Assembly (NCBI GenBank): GCA_013239625.1
Contig: MU053557.1
Span: 3,564,123-3,628,122 of the forward strand
Direction of reading: 5' to 3'
Length of the DNA: 64,000 nt
Origin: Lama guanicoe
Taxonomy: Eukaryota
Below are positions 1 to 13,117 of this stretch, one piece after another (position 1 is the stretch's first letter; each line of letters begins with the position of its first letter). Both the position numbers and the translations under genes were made by a program. The notes under the pieces were generated by a model. It worked only from the letters and a program-made list of their open reading frames with translations, was not told the DNA's origin and did no database searches.

Positions 1-479
1 TATATGAATTATTATGGTTTAAAATAGTTTGACATTATAAGGATGTAATGTTAGTATTTGGAAAGATCATCCTCATGGGACACTTGGGTAGGTAAAAACA
101 CTGAAGCCCAGAGAGCTTCCCTCTGGTCTTGGTGCGGTTGGAATGGCTCACTTATTGTCATCGTAGGAACATCTAGGGACCTTCCCTGGGTGCAGAAAGT
201 CAGCACTGAATACCTCCCCAAAGATGGGATGGGTAACTTTGTGGGAAGATTGAAGGATAAGTGTTAAAATTAGAAGAGATCGGAAAGGATACCATTGAAG
301 GAAAAAGTTGAACATAAATCTGAATTTAAATATTGAATGTAAACATATGACTATAAATAATGAATGTGATTCTGGCGCATTGCTGTTAGCAACAGGTTGG
401 AATAATCTATATTGTACAAAGCTTTTTGCATTACATCATCACAAATGACCATGATTACACATCTAAGGGATCATACATC

Positions 480-1100
480 TTTTTTTTATTTAAAAAATTA
501 GAAATTTTTTTTCTTATTGTAGTAAGAACACTTAACATGAGATCTACTCTCCTAACAGGTTTTTAAGTGTTCAATACAGTACTGTTATCTGTAGGCACAG
601 TATTGTTCAGCATATCTCTAGAACTTATTCACTTGCATAACTGAAATTTTATATCCACTGATTAGCAGTTCCCCATTTCCCCCTTTTTCCAGCCCCTGGA
701 AACCACTTTCTATTCTTTGCTTCTAAGAGTATGATTATTTTAGATAGCTCATGTGAGTGGAATCATAAAGTATTTGTTCTTCTGTGACTGGTTTATTTCA
801 CTTAGCATAATGTCCTTAAGGTTCATACACATTATCATATATTGTAGTATTTCCTTCCCTTTTTAGGGCTGAGTAATATTCCATTGTATTTAAATACCAC
901 ATTTTAAAAATCCGCTCATCTGTTGGTAAATATTTAGATTGTTTCCACATCTTGGCCATTGTGAATAGTGCTGCAGTGAGCATGGCAGAGCTAATATAGC
1001 TAAGACCCTGATTTTGATTCTTTTAGATAAATACCAAGAAGTAGAATTGCTGGATCATATGGTAGTTCTATTTTTAGTTTTTTGAGAAATTGCCATCATG
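480..1100 (-). mobile_element. LINE-1 3' end fragment
   Basis: T-rich tail followed by typical antisense L1 3' UTR / ORF2-end sequence. Confidence 0.8.
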
Positions 1101-4100
1101 TGGTGAATTACAATAATGGATTTTCAAATGATGAACCAGCTTTGGATACCTGGGATAAATCTTGCTTGATCATGCTGTATAATTCTTTTTACACTTTTTT
1201 TTTTTTGGATTTGATTTGCTAACCTTTTATTGAAGATTTTCACATGTATGATCAAAAGAGCTATTGGTCTGTAGTATTCTTTGCCTTAATATTTTTGTCT
1301 AATTTTGGTATTAGGGTAATATTTGCCTCATAGAATGAGTTAGAAAGTATCCCCTCAGTTTCTATCCTCTGAAAGAGATTGTGGAGAATTGTTATCATTT
1401 CTTCCTTAACTGTTTGGTATAATTCACCAGGGAAACTTTCTGGGCCTGATGTTTTTTGTTTCGGAAGGTTATTAATTATTGATTCAGTTTCTTTAGTAGA
1501 TATAGGCCTATTCAGGTCATCTATTTCTCCTTGTGTGAGTTTTGGCAGATTGTGGCTTTCAAACAAGTGATTTATTTCATTTAAGTGATCAAATTTGTGG
1601 GTATAGAGTTATTTATAGTATTCCTATATTGGCCTATCTTGTGTGCTGCCCCCACATTTATTTCTCATGTTTGTAATTTGTGTCTTTGCTCTTTTTTCCC
1701 CCTTAGTTAGGCTGTATAGAGGCTTATCAATTTTATTGATCTTTTCAAAGAAACGGTTCTTGGTTTTATTGATTTTTCTCTATTGACTTCCTTTTTTCAA
1801 TTTCTGTTCTAATTGTTATTTCTTTTTTTCTGCTTACTTTCCATTTAGTTTGCTCTTTTTATCTAGTTCCCTAAGGCAGAAATTCAGGTTATTGATTTTA
1901 AAACTTTCTTCTTTTTAATGTGTGCATTCAATGCTCTGTATCTCTTTCTAAGCACTGTTTTGCTGCATCACACACGTTTTTGATAAGTTGTGTTTTTATT
2001 TTCATTTAGATCAAATAGTTTTAGATTTGATGATTTCTTCCTTGACCCATGCTTTATTTAGAAGTATATTTTGAGATTTTCCAGTTATCTATTATTGAAT
2101 TCCAGTTTAACTCCATCGTGGTCTGAGAACAGACATTGTATGATGTCTATTCCTTTAAATTTGTAAATGTGTTTCTTTATGGCCCAGAATGTGGTCTTGT
2201 TGAATGTGCCATGTGAGCTTGAGAAAAATATATATTCTGCTGTTGTTGGATGAATTGGTCTATAGATGTCAATTATATACAGATGATTGATGGTGTTGTT
2301 AAATTCAGTTATGTCCTTACTGATTTTCTGCCTGCTGGATCTGTCCATTTCTAAGAGAGGAATGTTGAAGTCTCCAGCTATGATAGTGGATTCATCCATT
2401 TCTCCTTGCAGTTCTGTCAGTTTTTGCTTTACATAGTTTGACATTCTGTGGTTAGATGCATACATATTAATTTTTCTGTCTTCTTGGAGAATTGACCTCT
2501 TTATCATTATGTAATATTCTCTTTTTAATTTTTGATCATTTTTCTTACTTTGAAGTCTATTTTGATTAAATTAATATAGCTACTCCTGCTTTCTTTTGAT
2601 TAATGTTAGCATGGGTCATTTTCCCCCACCCATTTGCTTTTAATCTATAACTGTCTTTGTAGTTAAAGAGGGGTTTTTGTAAGCAACATATGATTAGGTC
2701 ATGTTTTTTGATCTACTGTGACAATCCGTATCCTTTAATTGATGCATTTAGGCCATTGATATTCAAGTGATTATTAATATAATTGGATTAATATCTACCG
2801 TGTTCATTACTATTTTCTTTTTGTTTCTATTTGGTCTTCCAATCTTTTTCTGCCTTTTGGAATTTTAATTGAGCATTTTATGTGATTACATTTTCTCTCA
2901 TTTATTGGCATATGAATTATACTTCTTTTTGTTACTTTTTTAGTGATTGCCCTAGAGTTTGCAGTATACATTTATGACTAATCTAAGTCCACTTTTGAAT
3001 GACATTGTACCTTTTCCTGTGTAGTATGAATACCTTATAATGACAAAATAATTCTAATCCCTCCTGTCTCTTGTATGGCTGCTGTCATTCATTTCACTTA
3101 CATATGAGCATAAGTAAGTATACAGATATAAGCATACATAAATAAATGTATAGCATATATGTATATAAGCATACATAATTGAATACATTATTGCCATTAT
3201 TATTTTTAACAAACTTCTATTTGTTAGATAATTAAGAATAAAAATAATAAAAGTTTCTATTTTACCTTCACCTATTCCTTCTTTGATATTCTGCCTTACT
3301 TTACAGAGATCCAAGTTTCTGACCTATGTTATTTTTTTTCTCTCTAAAGGACTTTTAAAAAACATTTCTTGCAAGGCATGTCTACTGGCCACAAATTCTG
3401 TTTTTGTTTGTCTAAGAAAGTCTTTATGAAGGATAAAAGTCACTCATGAAGGATAATTTCACAGGGTACAGAATTCTAGGTTGGTAGATTTTTTTCCCTC
3501 AACGCTTTAAATGTTTCAGTCCACCTTTCTTGCTTGTGTGGTTTTTGAGGAGAAGCCTGATGTAATTTTTATCTTTGTTCTTCTCTAAGTAAGATTTTTT
3601 TCCCTTCTGGTTTCTTTCAGAATTTTTTCTTTGTCTTCAATTTTCTGTAATTTGAAGATATGCCTGCACGTCATCTTTTGGCATTCATTCTGCTTGGTGT
3701 TCTCTGCGCTTTCTGGATCTGTGGTTTGGTGTCTGACGATGATTTGGGGACAATCTGTCCTTATTGTTTCAAATATTTCTTTTGTTCCTTTCTCTTTCTC
3801 CTCCTTCAGGTATTCCCTTTGCATGTTTTTTTGCATGTATTACACCTTTTGTAGTTGTCCTATAGAGTCCTTGGATGCTGTGTGTTTGCTTTTTTGTTTC
3901 TTCAGTCTTTGCTTTTTGGTTTTCAAGGATTGTATTGCTATATCCAGTAGCGCAAAGATTCTTTCCTCAGTCATATGTAGTCTACTAATAAGCCCATCAA
4001 AGGCATTCTTTTTACTTTGACGGTTTTTTTGGCCCCAAGAATTTGTCTTTGGTTCTTTCTTAAGATTTTCATCTCTCTGCTTCCATTGCCCATCTGTTCT

Positions 4101-5020
4101 TGTATGCTACTTTATTCATTAGCTCCCTGAGCATATTAATCATAGTTGTTTTAAATTCCTGGTCTGATAATTCCAACATCCCTGCCATGTCTGGTTCTGA
4201 TACTTTCTCTGTCTTTTCAAATTGTGTCTTTTGCTTTTTGGTGTGCATTGTAATTTTTTTAATAGCTGGATATGATGTACTGGGTAAAGGGAACTGCTAT
4301 AAATTGTCCGTTAGTACCATGGTGATGAGGTGCTGAATGAGGAAACGTACTGTAGTCCTTTGATTAGGTCTCAGACTAGTGAGCTTATGCCTCTAGACTG
4401 TGAACCTCACAAGAGTTTCTCAGTTTTTTTTCTCCCCATTTAGGAGGGACAGGATGGCTAGAGTGTCCTGGAGTTGAGTATTTCTCTTCCCCAGATCAAT
4501 TAGGCTCTGATGCTACTCCAGCTGGTTAGGCTCAGGTTAACTAACCTTCTCTGAGGGCAAGCCTTGTTAAGAACAGAGTGATCTGGTATATTTCAAATTG
4601 ATTCCTTTTCCTCCTTCCTCTGCCAAGTGTCAGAGATTTTTCTCTGACATTCGTTCCGGGAATTTTGTTGAGCTCCTAGAGCTAAATCTCACAGTATTGC
4701 CTCCCCCTCTACCTCCATGACTGAGTCCCTCTGGAGCGTTTAACTCTCAGACTTGTCCACCCCGAGCTTCCAGCAGTTCGTCGATTACAGTTCAGGTTTT
4801 TCTGCCCCAGCTTTGGTTTTCCAGGTGGTTTCCACCCATGAGTCTGCACTGGTCAGCACGACTCCCTGTAACGGCCTGACTGTCTCTCTGGTCCTGGGGC
4901 AGCATTTTAGCCTGTGTCCTTTCATGCCTATGGATCCAAGAAGTGTTGTTGATTTTTCAGTCTGTCCAGCTTTTTGCTTATTAGAATAGAGCAGTGACTT
5001 TGAAGCTTATATGTGGAATT
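1100..5020 (-). mobile_element. Old LINE-1 5' half (5' region, ORF1 remnants, endonuclease and linker of ORF2)
   Basis: Minus-strand ORF fragments LPKLTQGEIDDLNRPI and TIIAGDFNIPLLEMDRSSRQKI; ORF1-like remnants at 3585-3836. Confidence 0.85.
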
Positions 5021-5597
5021 GGAAAACAGCTCTAGCCTTTCTAAATGCTTTCTGCTATTTTTGATGGCCTTATCTTGTAAATCCTGCATTTGGCACCTAT
5101 GGAATAAGGAATGAGGGAGGATTGAATATTAATGTAGTTTGTGTTCACCGAAGTGCCTGTTTATTTATCTATGTTCTGGCATGACAGAAAAATCCTGAAG
5201 GTGTGGCCCTACACTGCTAAATAGGGATGCTGTAAAAATCTCTGAGAATTAGAGGCTTTCAGGGCTTCCAGGGACATTAGTTAGGGTGACTTCTCTGCCA
5301 TCACTCTGTACCTCTCCACTAGATACACACACACCTATCCATAGCCCCAAATCCAGAATAATAGTTTCCAACCTTCTGTTACATTTGAGATAGTGTTTCT
5401 TTTAGCTGGTTTATCATTTGAGAAGTAAAACAAAAAAACAGAAAAAATAATCCCCGACTTCCTCTCCCTCCTTTAACTTTGCAATTCATTATTTTCCTCT
5501 AGCACAGGCCCTTACATAAAGAAGGTATTTGCTAACCTGTTGCTTGTTGTTTTGCCTTGTTTTGTTTCGTAGAGAAACTGTAGCACAATCTCCGAAT

Positions 5598-5616
5598 TGG
5601 CCACAAGGGGGCACTT
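5598..5616 (+). promoter_or_regulatory. Candidate CTCF site
   Basis: TGGCCACAAGGGGGCACT closely fits the CTCF core consensus TGGCCACCAGGGGGCGCT. Confidence 0.6.
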
Positions 5617-7639
5617 GTGAACCATTCTGAAAATTAATTTGTGTTCAACATTAAATTTCACAAACCCTCATGGTTTCCCTTGGTTTGGACTTATTCCTCC
5701 CTAGAAGAAATAAAACACACAGTTATGGGGATTCTAAAGCAGGGAGTGTGATAGAGTCCTAGAAATAGTGGTAAGAAAGCTTAACTAATTTTAAAGTGGT
5801 TTATTGCAATCTTGAGCACTTTCTTCTTGAATTAAGCCTTAGGTTAAGGAAGATGTTGAAGTCTCTGATCACAGAATTGGAAAGGGTAATAAAGGTGATA
5901 TAATCCATCCTCTTATTTATTATAAGAAATTTTCTACAGTAAATGTGACATTAGCTAACCTTTGTGGGTTTCAGTACTGAATCACTAAACTTTACATTCT
6001 TGTCATTACTAATCACATTTCAAAAGAACTCTCAAATTCTTTTTTATATCCAAGTCTATTCTTCCTTCATTGTTATAGGTCCCCAAGTGTTTGAACAATA
6101 TCTTAAAGTCTTCTTAATTCATCTTATTTCTAGGCTGATGTTCCAATATTCATTAATTGTCTCTCATATGACCTTTCAAAAGCCTGGACACCCCTTTTAA
6201 TATGGGTTTGTTGAAGATTAAATATTCTTTGCAGTTCCTTCCACCAAGAAGTAGAGTGGGTTTCCTCTCCCCTCAGATCTGGAGTGGTCTTATGTCTTGA
6301 TAGGAACAATAGAATGCAGTGTGAAAAATGCTTTGTATGTTTTGAGGCTAATCACTAGGACATTTACAATTTTGACTTTTGTGTCTTGGAATATACTTTA
6401 TTGAACTCATGGACAACAAAGGTCTCTTGCAGACAGCCTGCGCTGGGCTTCTGACCAAAGCCAATGACAAATGCCAGTTTTCTGTATATCCACTGCCCTA
6501 ATAAACAGAAAGCAGAAGAATGCAGTCATTTCAAGGACTTATGAGAATGATAAACTGGTTGTTTCAAGCCACTAAGTTTCAGAGTAATTTGTTACGCAGC
6601 CTTAGATAACTGATAGGTCCGGGTTGCAAATGGCTTCTAAGTATTAAATTCAGATCTAAATATGTTGACTATGAGTAATAATGAGTAATGAAATGAGATT
6701 TTTTTTTCTTCTTTGGTTTTGATACCACATTTATATAATTCTGGTAGATTTTCACAGCTGTATTTTCATAGCCTGTGGAGTTTGAAATGATTTCTAAGAC
6801 CAGAACACTTTTTGCTCATGCTGACTTATAGAGGAAGAGTGTTGAAATTAGTTCTGTGTCTTATTTCTCAGTTCCCTCTTCTGGAAATCAAAGAATGAGT
6901 TCTGATTTTTTTTTCTAGATTTGTTGGAATGATAACAAACATTATTTTCATTATTGTCATACCTATGTGTAAACCAATGACCTGAACATTCACTCTCAGT
7001 TAATTCACACAACCACATGTGGTTAATATGTGATTCTCCTTTATAAGTGAATAAACTGAGAATCAGAGAGGTGAATTTATTTCCTAGGGGAATTAAATGA
7101 AAGAGATAGGGCCTGGTTAACACTTCTCTGACTCTAGGCAACTGTTCTGTTTTATCAACAATAAAAGTGGTCGAAGCGCGTAAACTGAGGCATGAACACA
7201 GGATAAGAACAGAACAACTTTTTTCAGTGGAGAACTGATTTCACTGAGAGAGGTGAGGGCATCCATGGTGTTTGGCCTAGCACGGGGAGTCAAGGCCCAG
7301 GGAGAGTAAGAACAGTATCCACCGAGGGGCCACTTAATAGTCAGAAGGTCAAAGCCCTTGCAGAGAGACGAGGGCATCTACATTTATGTACATACGTATA
7401 CATAGATTCTCTAGCTCTGTCCACTGGGAGGGCCTCGGAGCAGGACACCCTGATTGAAATGAGTAATCTAGTGGCTGGATGATTCCACAATATTACTCTT
7501 TTTCTAAAAAAGAAGTGAGGGTCACTCCCTGGAGGAAAGGTTCATTCCAGGGCAGGGGCGAAGAATAGTGAAGATGATCTGGACCATGTTGTAGCAGCAG
7601 AAAGTAAGCAAATGCATGAAGAATGACAGCCACTGGGGG

Positions 7640-8680
7640 CAGATCAGGACTGGCTGCTGAAGCTCTGGCTTCCACAGATGAGCCTAGGGAGAGGACTGGG
7701 GCTGACTGCCCAGATGCAACCTCAGATGGCTGGAGTGTGATGCAAGCTGAGGCTAGAAGAGAAGGCAAATCAGCCTGGGTCCCTCCATAGAGAGCACCAT
7801 TGCTGGTGTGCATGGGAGGAGGGGCACAACGCAGCTGCAGCCAGGGCAAAGCATCCATCTCCATTAGCCCAGAGGGTGTTCCTCGGCACCATTGTTCTGC
7901 GACAAGAGAGGCAGGGTTCAGACACAGTCATCTTCTGGCTTTGCTCTGAAGGGGCACAAAGGCTAGTGCACAGTACGCCCCTGCCCCCCAGGGGAGGTGA
8001 GGCTGAAATCTGAATCCATACCCGGGGGTCCTGCGACTCTGCAGGTGGGACCGAGATTTGATTCTGCCCCAGGCAGCGGGGGCAGATTTTTCTCCTCTGT
8101 TGCCTTTGTATTTTTATGTAGGTTAGTTGCATTTCTTAAGGTTGGAGAAGTGGCCCTCTGTATGAGATGTCCTGTGTGTCCCAGCAGTGCAGTCCCCTCT
8201 TGTCACCCGAGGGCCAGGGTCCAGCTGGTCCTAGGGTACAGTCTGGCCTGCATTTGCAGATTCCTTGCACATGCTGTGGGATTCTTATTTTCTTACTTCT
8301 GGTATCTGGTGTGCAGGTTTCTTGGCAGGATGGGTCATGCCTGCCCACTGCTGGGTGGAGCTGGGTCCTGGCGTCTGGTGGGCAGGGTTGTGCCTAGGGG
8401 TGTCTGGAGGTGGCTGTGGGCTCAGGAAATCTGCTGATGGGTGGGATTGTGTTCCCACTCACTATGTTGTTTGGCCTGAGGCTTCCCAGCACTTAGCCTA
8501 CAGGCTGTTGGGTGGGGCCAGGACTTGGTGCCAATGACCCAAGCAAGATGTCAGCCTCCAGGAAAGCTCATATAGATGAACACTTTTGGAATGTCTGCCA
8601 CTATCCTTCATGCCCCCGGAGTAAGCCACAGCCACCCCCCACCTCCCCAGGGGACCCTCCAAAACCAGCAGGCAGGTTTT
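7640..8680. mobile_element. LINE-1 5' UTR fragments (7640-8105 on +; ~8105-8680 probably on -)
   Basis: 7640-8105 aligns by eye in direct orientation to ~17510-17980 of the full-length L1; the second part looks like antisense L1 5' UTR. Confidence 0.65.
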
Positions 8681-9072
8681 GGAGGTGTGTGAGAGAGACC
8701 CACCCTACCAGAGCTTCTGTCTGTATCTTCATCTGTTTGTTGTACAACTTGAAATCACTCTTGCATATTGGTGATAGAGTAAAACAAAACAAACAACAAA
8801 AAAAAACCCGGTACGAAGTCAGTACAGGATTTGGTGCACTGCCAAGAAATACCAGTCTGAGATCTCCATTGACCTAGAGAGATTTTGAAGATTTCCTAGT
8901 GGCTTTACTATGCATGTTTCCTCTCCCTACCCTGTTACCTCTTTTCCCACCCTCCAATAAGCAGATCCCTCTCTGCAGCAGCAGGGACACCTGTTTTTGG
9001 AAACCAAGAATCTCTTGCAACTTCATAAAATTTTTCTTTTAGGATCCCTTCACGCTGTCATCTCACTGTGAC

Positions 9073-10090
9073 ATTGCATTAAATGTGTGGATGGCCTTGG
9101 GCAGTATGGCGATATTAACCATGCTGATTCTTCCAATCTGAGAACATGGGATCTCTTTCCATTTCTTTAAGTCATCTGTAATTTCCTTAATCAGTGTTTC
9201 TTAGTTCTCCATGTATGAGTCTTTCACCTCCTTGGTCAGATTTATTCCTAAGTATTTTATTGCTTTGGATGCAATTTTAAAAGAGATTGTTTATTTACTT
9301 TCTTTTCCTGCTAATTTATGTTAGTGTAAAGAAATGCAACTGATTTTTGTATGTTAATCTTGTATCCTGCTACCTTGCTGAATTCTTTTATCAGCTCTAG
9401 TAGTTTTTGTGTGGCGCTTTTAGGGTTTTCTATACATAGTATTAGATCATCCCCATATAGTGACAATTTCAACTGTTCTCTTCCAATTTGGATCCCTTTT
9501 ATTTCTTTTTGTTGCCTGATTGCTGTGGCTAGGACTTCCAAGCCTATGTTAATAGAATTGGGGAGAGTAGGCATCCTTGTCTTGTTCCAGATTTTAGTGG
9601 GAAGGCTTACACTTTTTCACTGTTGAATATTATGCTGACTGTGAGTTTGTCGTAAATAGCTTTTATTATGTTGAGATATGTTCCCTCTATACCCATATTG
9701 GTAAGAGTTTTTCTCATAAATTGGTGTTAAATTTTATCAAATGCTTTTTCTGCATCTATGGAGATAATTGTATGGTATTTGTCCTTTCTTTTGTTGATGT
9801 GATGTATCACATTGATTGATTTGTATATGTCGAACCATCTTTCTGTCCCTGGGATGAACCTAACTTGATCATGGTTATAATCTTTTGTATGTGTTGTTGG
9901 ATTCTGCTTGCTAATATTTTGTTGAGGATTTTTGCATCTATGTTCATCAATGATATTGGCCTATCATTTTTTTTTTTGCAGTGCCTTTTTCTGGTTTTAA
10001 TATCACAGTGATGGTGGCATCATAGAATGAGTTTGGGACTATTCCCTCCTCTTGACTCTTTTGGAACAGTTTGAGAAGGTTCAATATGAC
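9073..10090 (-). mobile_element. Internal LINE-1 ORF2 (RT) fragment
   Basis: [35 protein letters not shown] on -; no 3' UTR or poly(A). Confidence 0.9.
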
Positions 10091-11231
10091 CTCTGTAAGC
10101 ATTAGAATGAAAATGATCACTTGGCTGCTGTGAGGACAAAACTGAGGGGTCCAGGGTAGAAATAAGAAGCTTGTTAATTAGCTCTTGCAACTGATTGGAG
10201 AGACTTCGATGAGGGAATGTTGGTGCAGATGGAACCCTGAGGGGAGGATTCAAGAAAATACCAGGAGATGAGCTTGATAGGATGAGGTGATGAGGTGGAT
10301 ATGACTTGTCAGGGAAATGGAGGTTTCAGAATGACTCCCAGGTGTCTGACTAATATAAGAGGACGTGTGGTGGTGCCATTCAAGGAGATGGGGATATTGG
10401 CCTCTCCTGGCTCTTAGGATAAAACCAGTGCCTGTTCCCATGACACCCAGTGCATGATTTTACCTTTGCCTACCCATCCTGCCTCATCTCACATCCCTCT
10501 GTGCCTGTCCATGGGTTTCAGCCACAGGGATGCACTTTCAGTTCTTTGGAGAAATCAAATTCTCCTTGTCCTCAGGATATTTGCATATTCAGGAACCTCA
10601 ATCCAAAATATTCATGGCCAAGATGGGTTCTTCACAACTTCGAGTCCCAGCTTAAATGACACTTTAAGGGAGGGGGGAGGGGCAAATAGGAGTGGGGATG
10701 TAAGAGGTACAAACTATTATATATGAAATAAATAAGCTACAAGTATACACTATACAACACAGGGAATATAGCTAACATTTTATAATAAGTATAAATGGAG
10801 TATAATCTTTAAAATTGTGTATCAGTACATTGCACCCCTGAAACATATAATATAGTACGTCAAATACACATCAATAACAAATTTTTAAGTGTCTTCTGAA
10901 GTAGGGAATAGTCACGTGAAGCGTCTGGAAACACTATCAGATAAAGAACAGTTGATGAAAATGGAGACGTTCGAGTTAGAGACAAGGGGAGGGATACAAT
11001 GATACGTCTTACTGAAAATGCGAGTTCTCTTTATCAGAACAGGCTCTCTGGAGTTTATGACCCAAGGAAAAGATTATCTGGTTATCCCCTTCTGAACAGA
11101 GCCCCCCAAATGAAAACAGGACAAACTAAAATCACTTCATTGCTTTATTCATTCTCTATGGGGGTCACTACATTTGAAGAAGGAAGGAGAGCGCCATCCC
11201 CTCCCACCTCTGCTCCTGCTCTGCTCCGCTG

Positions 11232-11255
11232 TCACACCAGATACGAGAGGGCCTC
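11232..11255 (-). CDS. SCGB3A2: SCGB3A2 left copy, exon 3 coding part (EALSYLV*)
   Basis: Mirror of 33873-33896; AATAAA on - at 11144-11149. Confidence 0.94.
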   Translation of the reverse strand, partial: EALSYLV

Positions 11256-11653
11256 CTGAAAATCAAAAGGACAGTGGTAAAAACAACACCAGTTTACCTG
11301 TCATTAGCACCTTTCCAGAAACAGTCACTATCCTATTTCACCACCATGTCACTGACAAGGAAAGGGAAGCTCTGAGTGGTTAAGTCCCATCCAGAACCAC
11401 AGAGCTGGGAAGTGGCCCACATTTCACAACTAGAACACAGGTCTCTGTCCTTCCAAAATCCCTTCTACAAGTGTGGACACTGAGCTTTCCTTGAGATTCC
11501 AGGACATGGAAATTTTGTGTGAGGAGAGTCAGCAAAGGGGAAATACAGGTTCACAGATGAGGACAGGGTTGGGTGGGAGTCAGGGGAGAGGGTGGGCATT
11601 CAGGGTGACTAGGTCCTGCCCTTTGACAAGTTAGCCTCACAGGTCATAGTTAC

Positions 11654-11856
11654 CAGCAGTTTCTTCACGGAATTCGCAGCCTCCGGTCCCAGCTCATTCA
11701 CACATTTCCTCAGCCCGTCCAGAAGGTGCTCAACAGAAATGCCCAGAGTTTTCAGAAGTAGCTTTAATGGGCTCAAGCTGGGGAGAATTTTGTCCGCAGG
11801 TAAAGGTACAACATCGTTGACAGGAGCTGCCAAACCACTGAGGAGGAAGGCGGTGG
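11654..11856 (-). CDS. SCGB3A2: SCGB3A2 left copy, exon 2 (…RKCVNELGPEAANSVKKLL)
   Basis: Mirror of 33272-33474; intact splice sites; the only difference I see is codon 73 (GAG here, GGG in the right copy). Confidence 0.95.
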
Positions 11857-12940
11857 CTGTAGAGCAAAAGAGACCCCGCGTAAAACAGGCACTTCCAGCT
11901 CTGGTGACCTCAGCTGGTCCACGCTGTCCATCAGTGGCTCCATCCCAGCCCCACTCATCTCGATCTTCCAGGAAAACTTCTGCTTCGGGACCTTTGTACG
12001 TGCCATTCCAACTGTCTAGAACGTTGCTTCCCCAGATAGCTACACATCTTTCTTCCTCCCATCATTCGGTCTCTCCTCCAAAGTTACCTTCTCAGGGACG
12101 TACCTACAAGAGCATCACCTGTCACCCTCAGTCTCCCTCTTCTCCCACCAATACCTGAAATATCAAATCTTTGGTTATTTCTGTATTTTGCTTCATTCTG
12201 CCACTGGAATGTAGGCCCATGAGAATAAGCAATTAATGTTTTATTCACACTGTACTACATGCCTAGATCAGACCCTGGCATGTGGGAAGCACCAGATAGA
12301 TACTGGAGACTGACCGGCCAGGGATGTACTTTGCCCACGGCTGTCTTCACGGCCCACAAGTTTGAAGCCAAAGGGGAGAGAATATAATGAACCTCCACTT
12401 GCAGACAAGTCTTAGCCCCCCTGCCAGACTGTAAGAACCTTGAGAACAATATTCACATCTGATTCAGGTCTGAATCGGCCAGTTTCTATCCAGTGCCCAA
12501 CAGGTTATAGCCATTCAGTCGATATCCACTGATTGTGTGAACAGATACATGTGGCCATGTCTCAAGAGAACCACCTTGGCAACCTGACTAGAGATGAGAG
12601 CAAGAATGACTCCGTACAGTTACAGACGCATAAAGGAAAGAAGGTACAAAGTCAGATCCGGACTCAAAATTAAGAACAATTAACGGTGACCAGTGTTCAC
12701 TAATGAAGGGTTTGCTGACCCTCAGCGGGAGCTGGGTAACTTCTTGTGTAGGAGCCACCAGGGAGACCTGTACTGGGTTAGAGCTTGGAGCTGGGAGCGG
12801 GGGCAGCTGAAATCCCTTCCAACCTTACCATTCTGTGGTTCTAAACTCCCTCCACCATGTTCCACTGGGAGCCTAGGCTTCCTAGTTGTGTTCCTGTTAA
12901 CAGAAAAGTCGAGAAATACCATATGTTCCCGGCTACTTAC

Positions 12941-12995
12941 CAGAGTAACTGCAAATGCTGATGGTCACCAGCAGGAACACAGTGACCAGCTTCAT
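12941..12995 (-). CDS. SCGB3A2: SCGB3A2 left (duplicate) copy, coding exon 1
   Basis: Reverse complement of 32133-32187 (coordinate sum 45128); intact ATG and gtaagt donor. Confidence 0.95.
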
Positions 12996-13117
12996 GGTAC
13001 GTTACCTGGGATATTTACCTGCAGTTTAAAATTAAACTGGAAAACCTAATGAACCCACCGAGCCAGTGGTTCCACTTGCTGTACCAAGTGTGGCAGCTGC
13101 TCTTGCACACACACATA

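Noticed and set aside
1..7600. SPINK1 or other SPINK exons expected from synteny
   Set aside because: I could not recognise any Kazal-domain exon in the window.
11609..11833. 74-aa ORFs (also 33295-33519) as stand-alone genes
   Set aside because: They are SCGB3A2 exon 2 read through into intron 2.
11232..12995. Left copy as SCGB3A1 or as a pseudogene
   Set aside because: It is nearly identical to the SCGB3A2 copy, with intact ATG, splice sites, stop, TATA and poly(A) signal.
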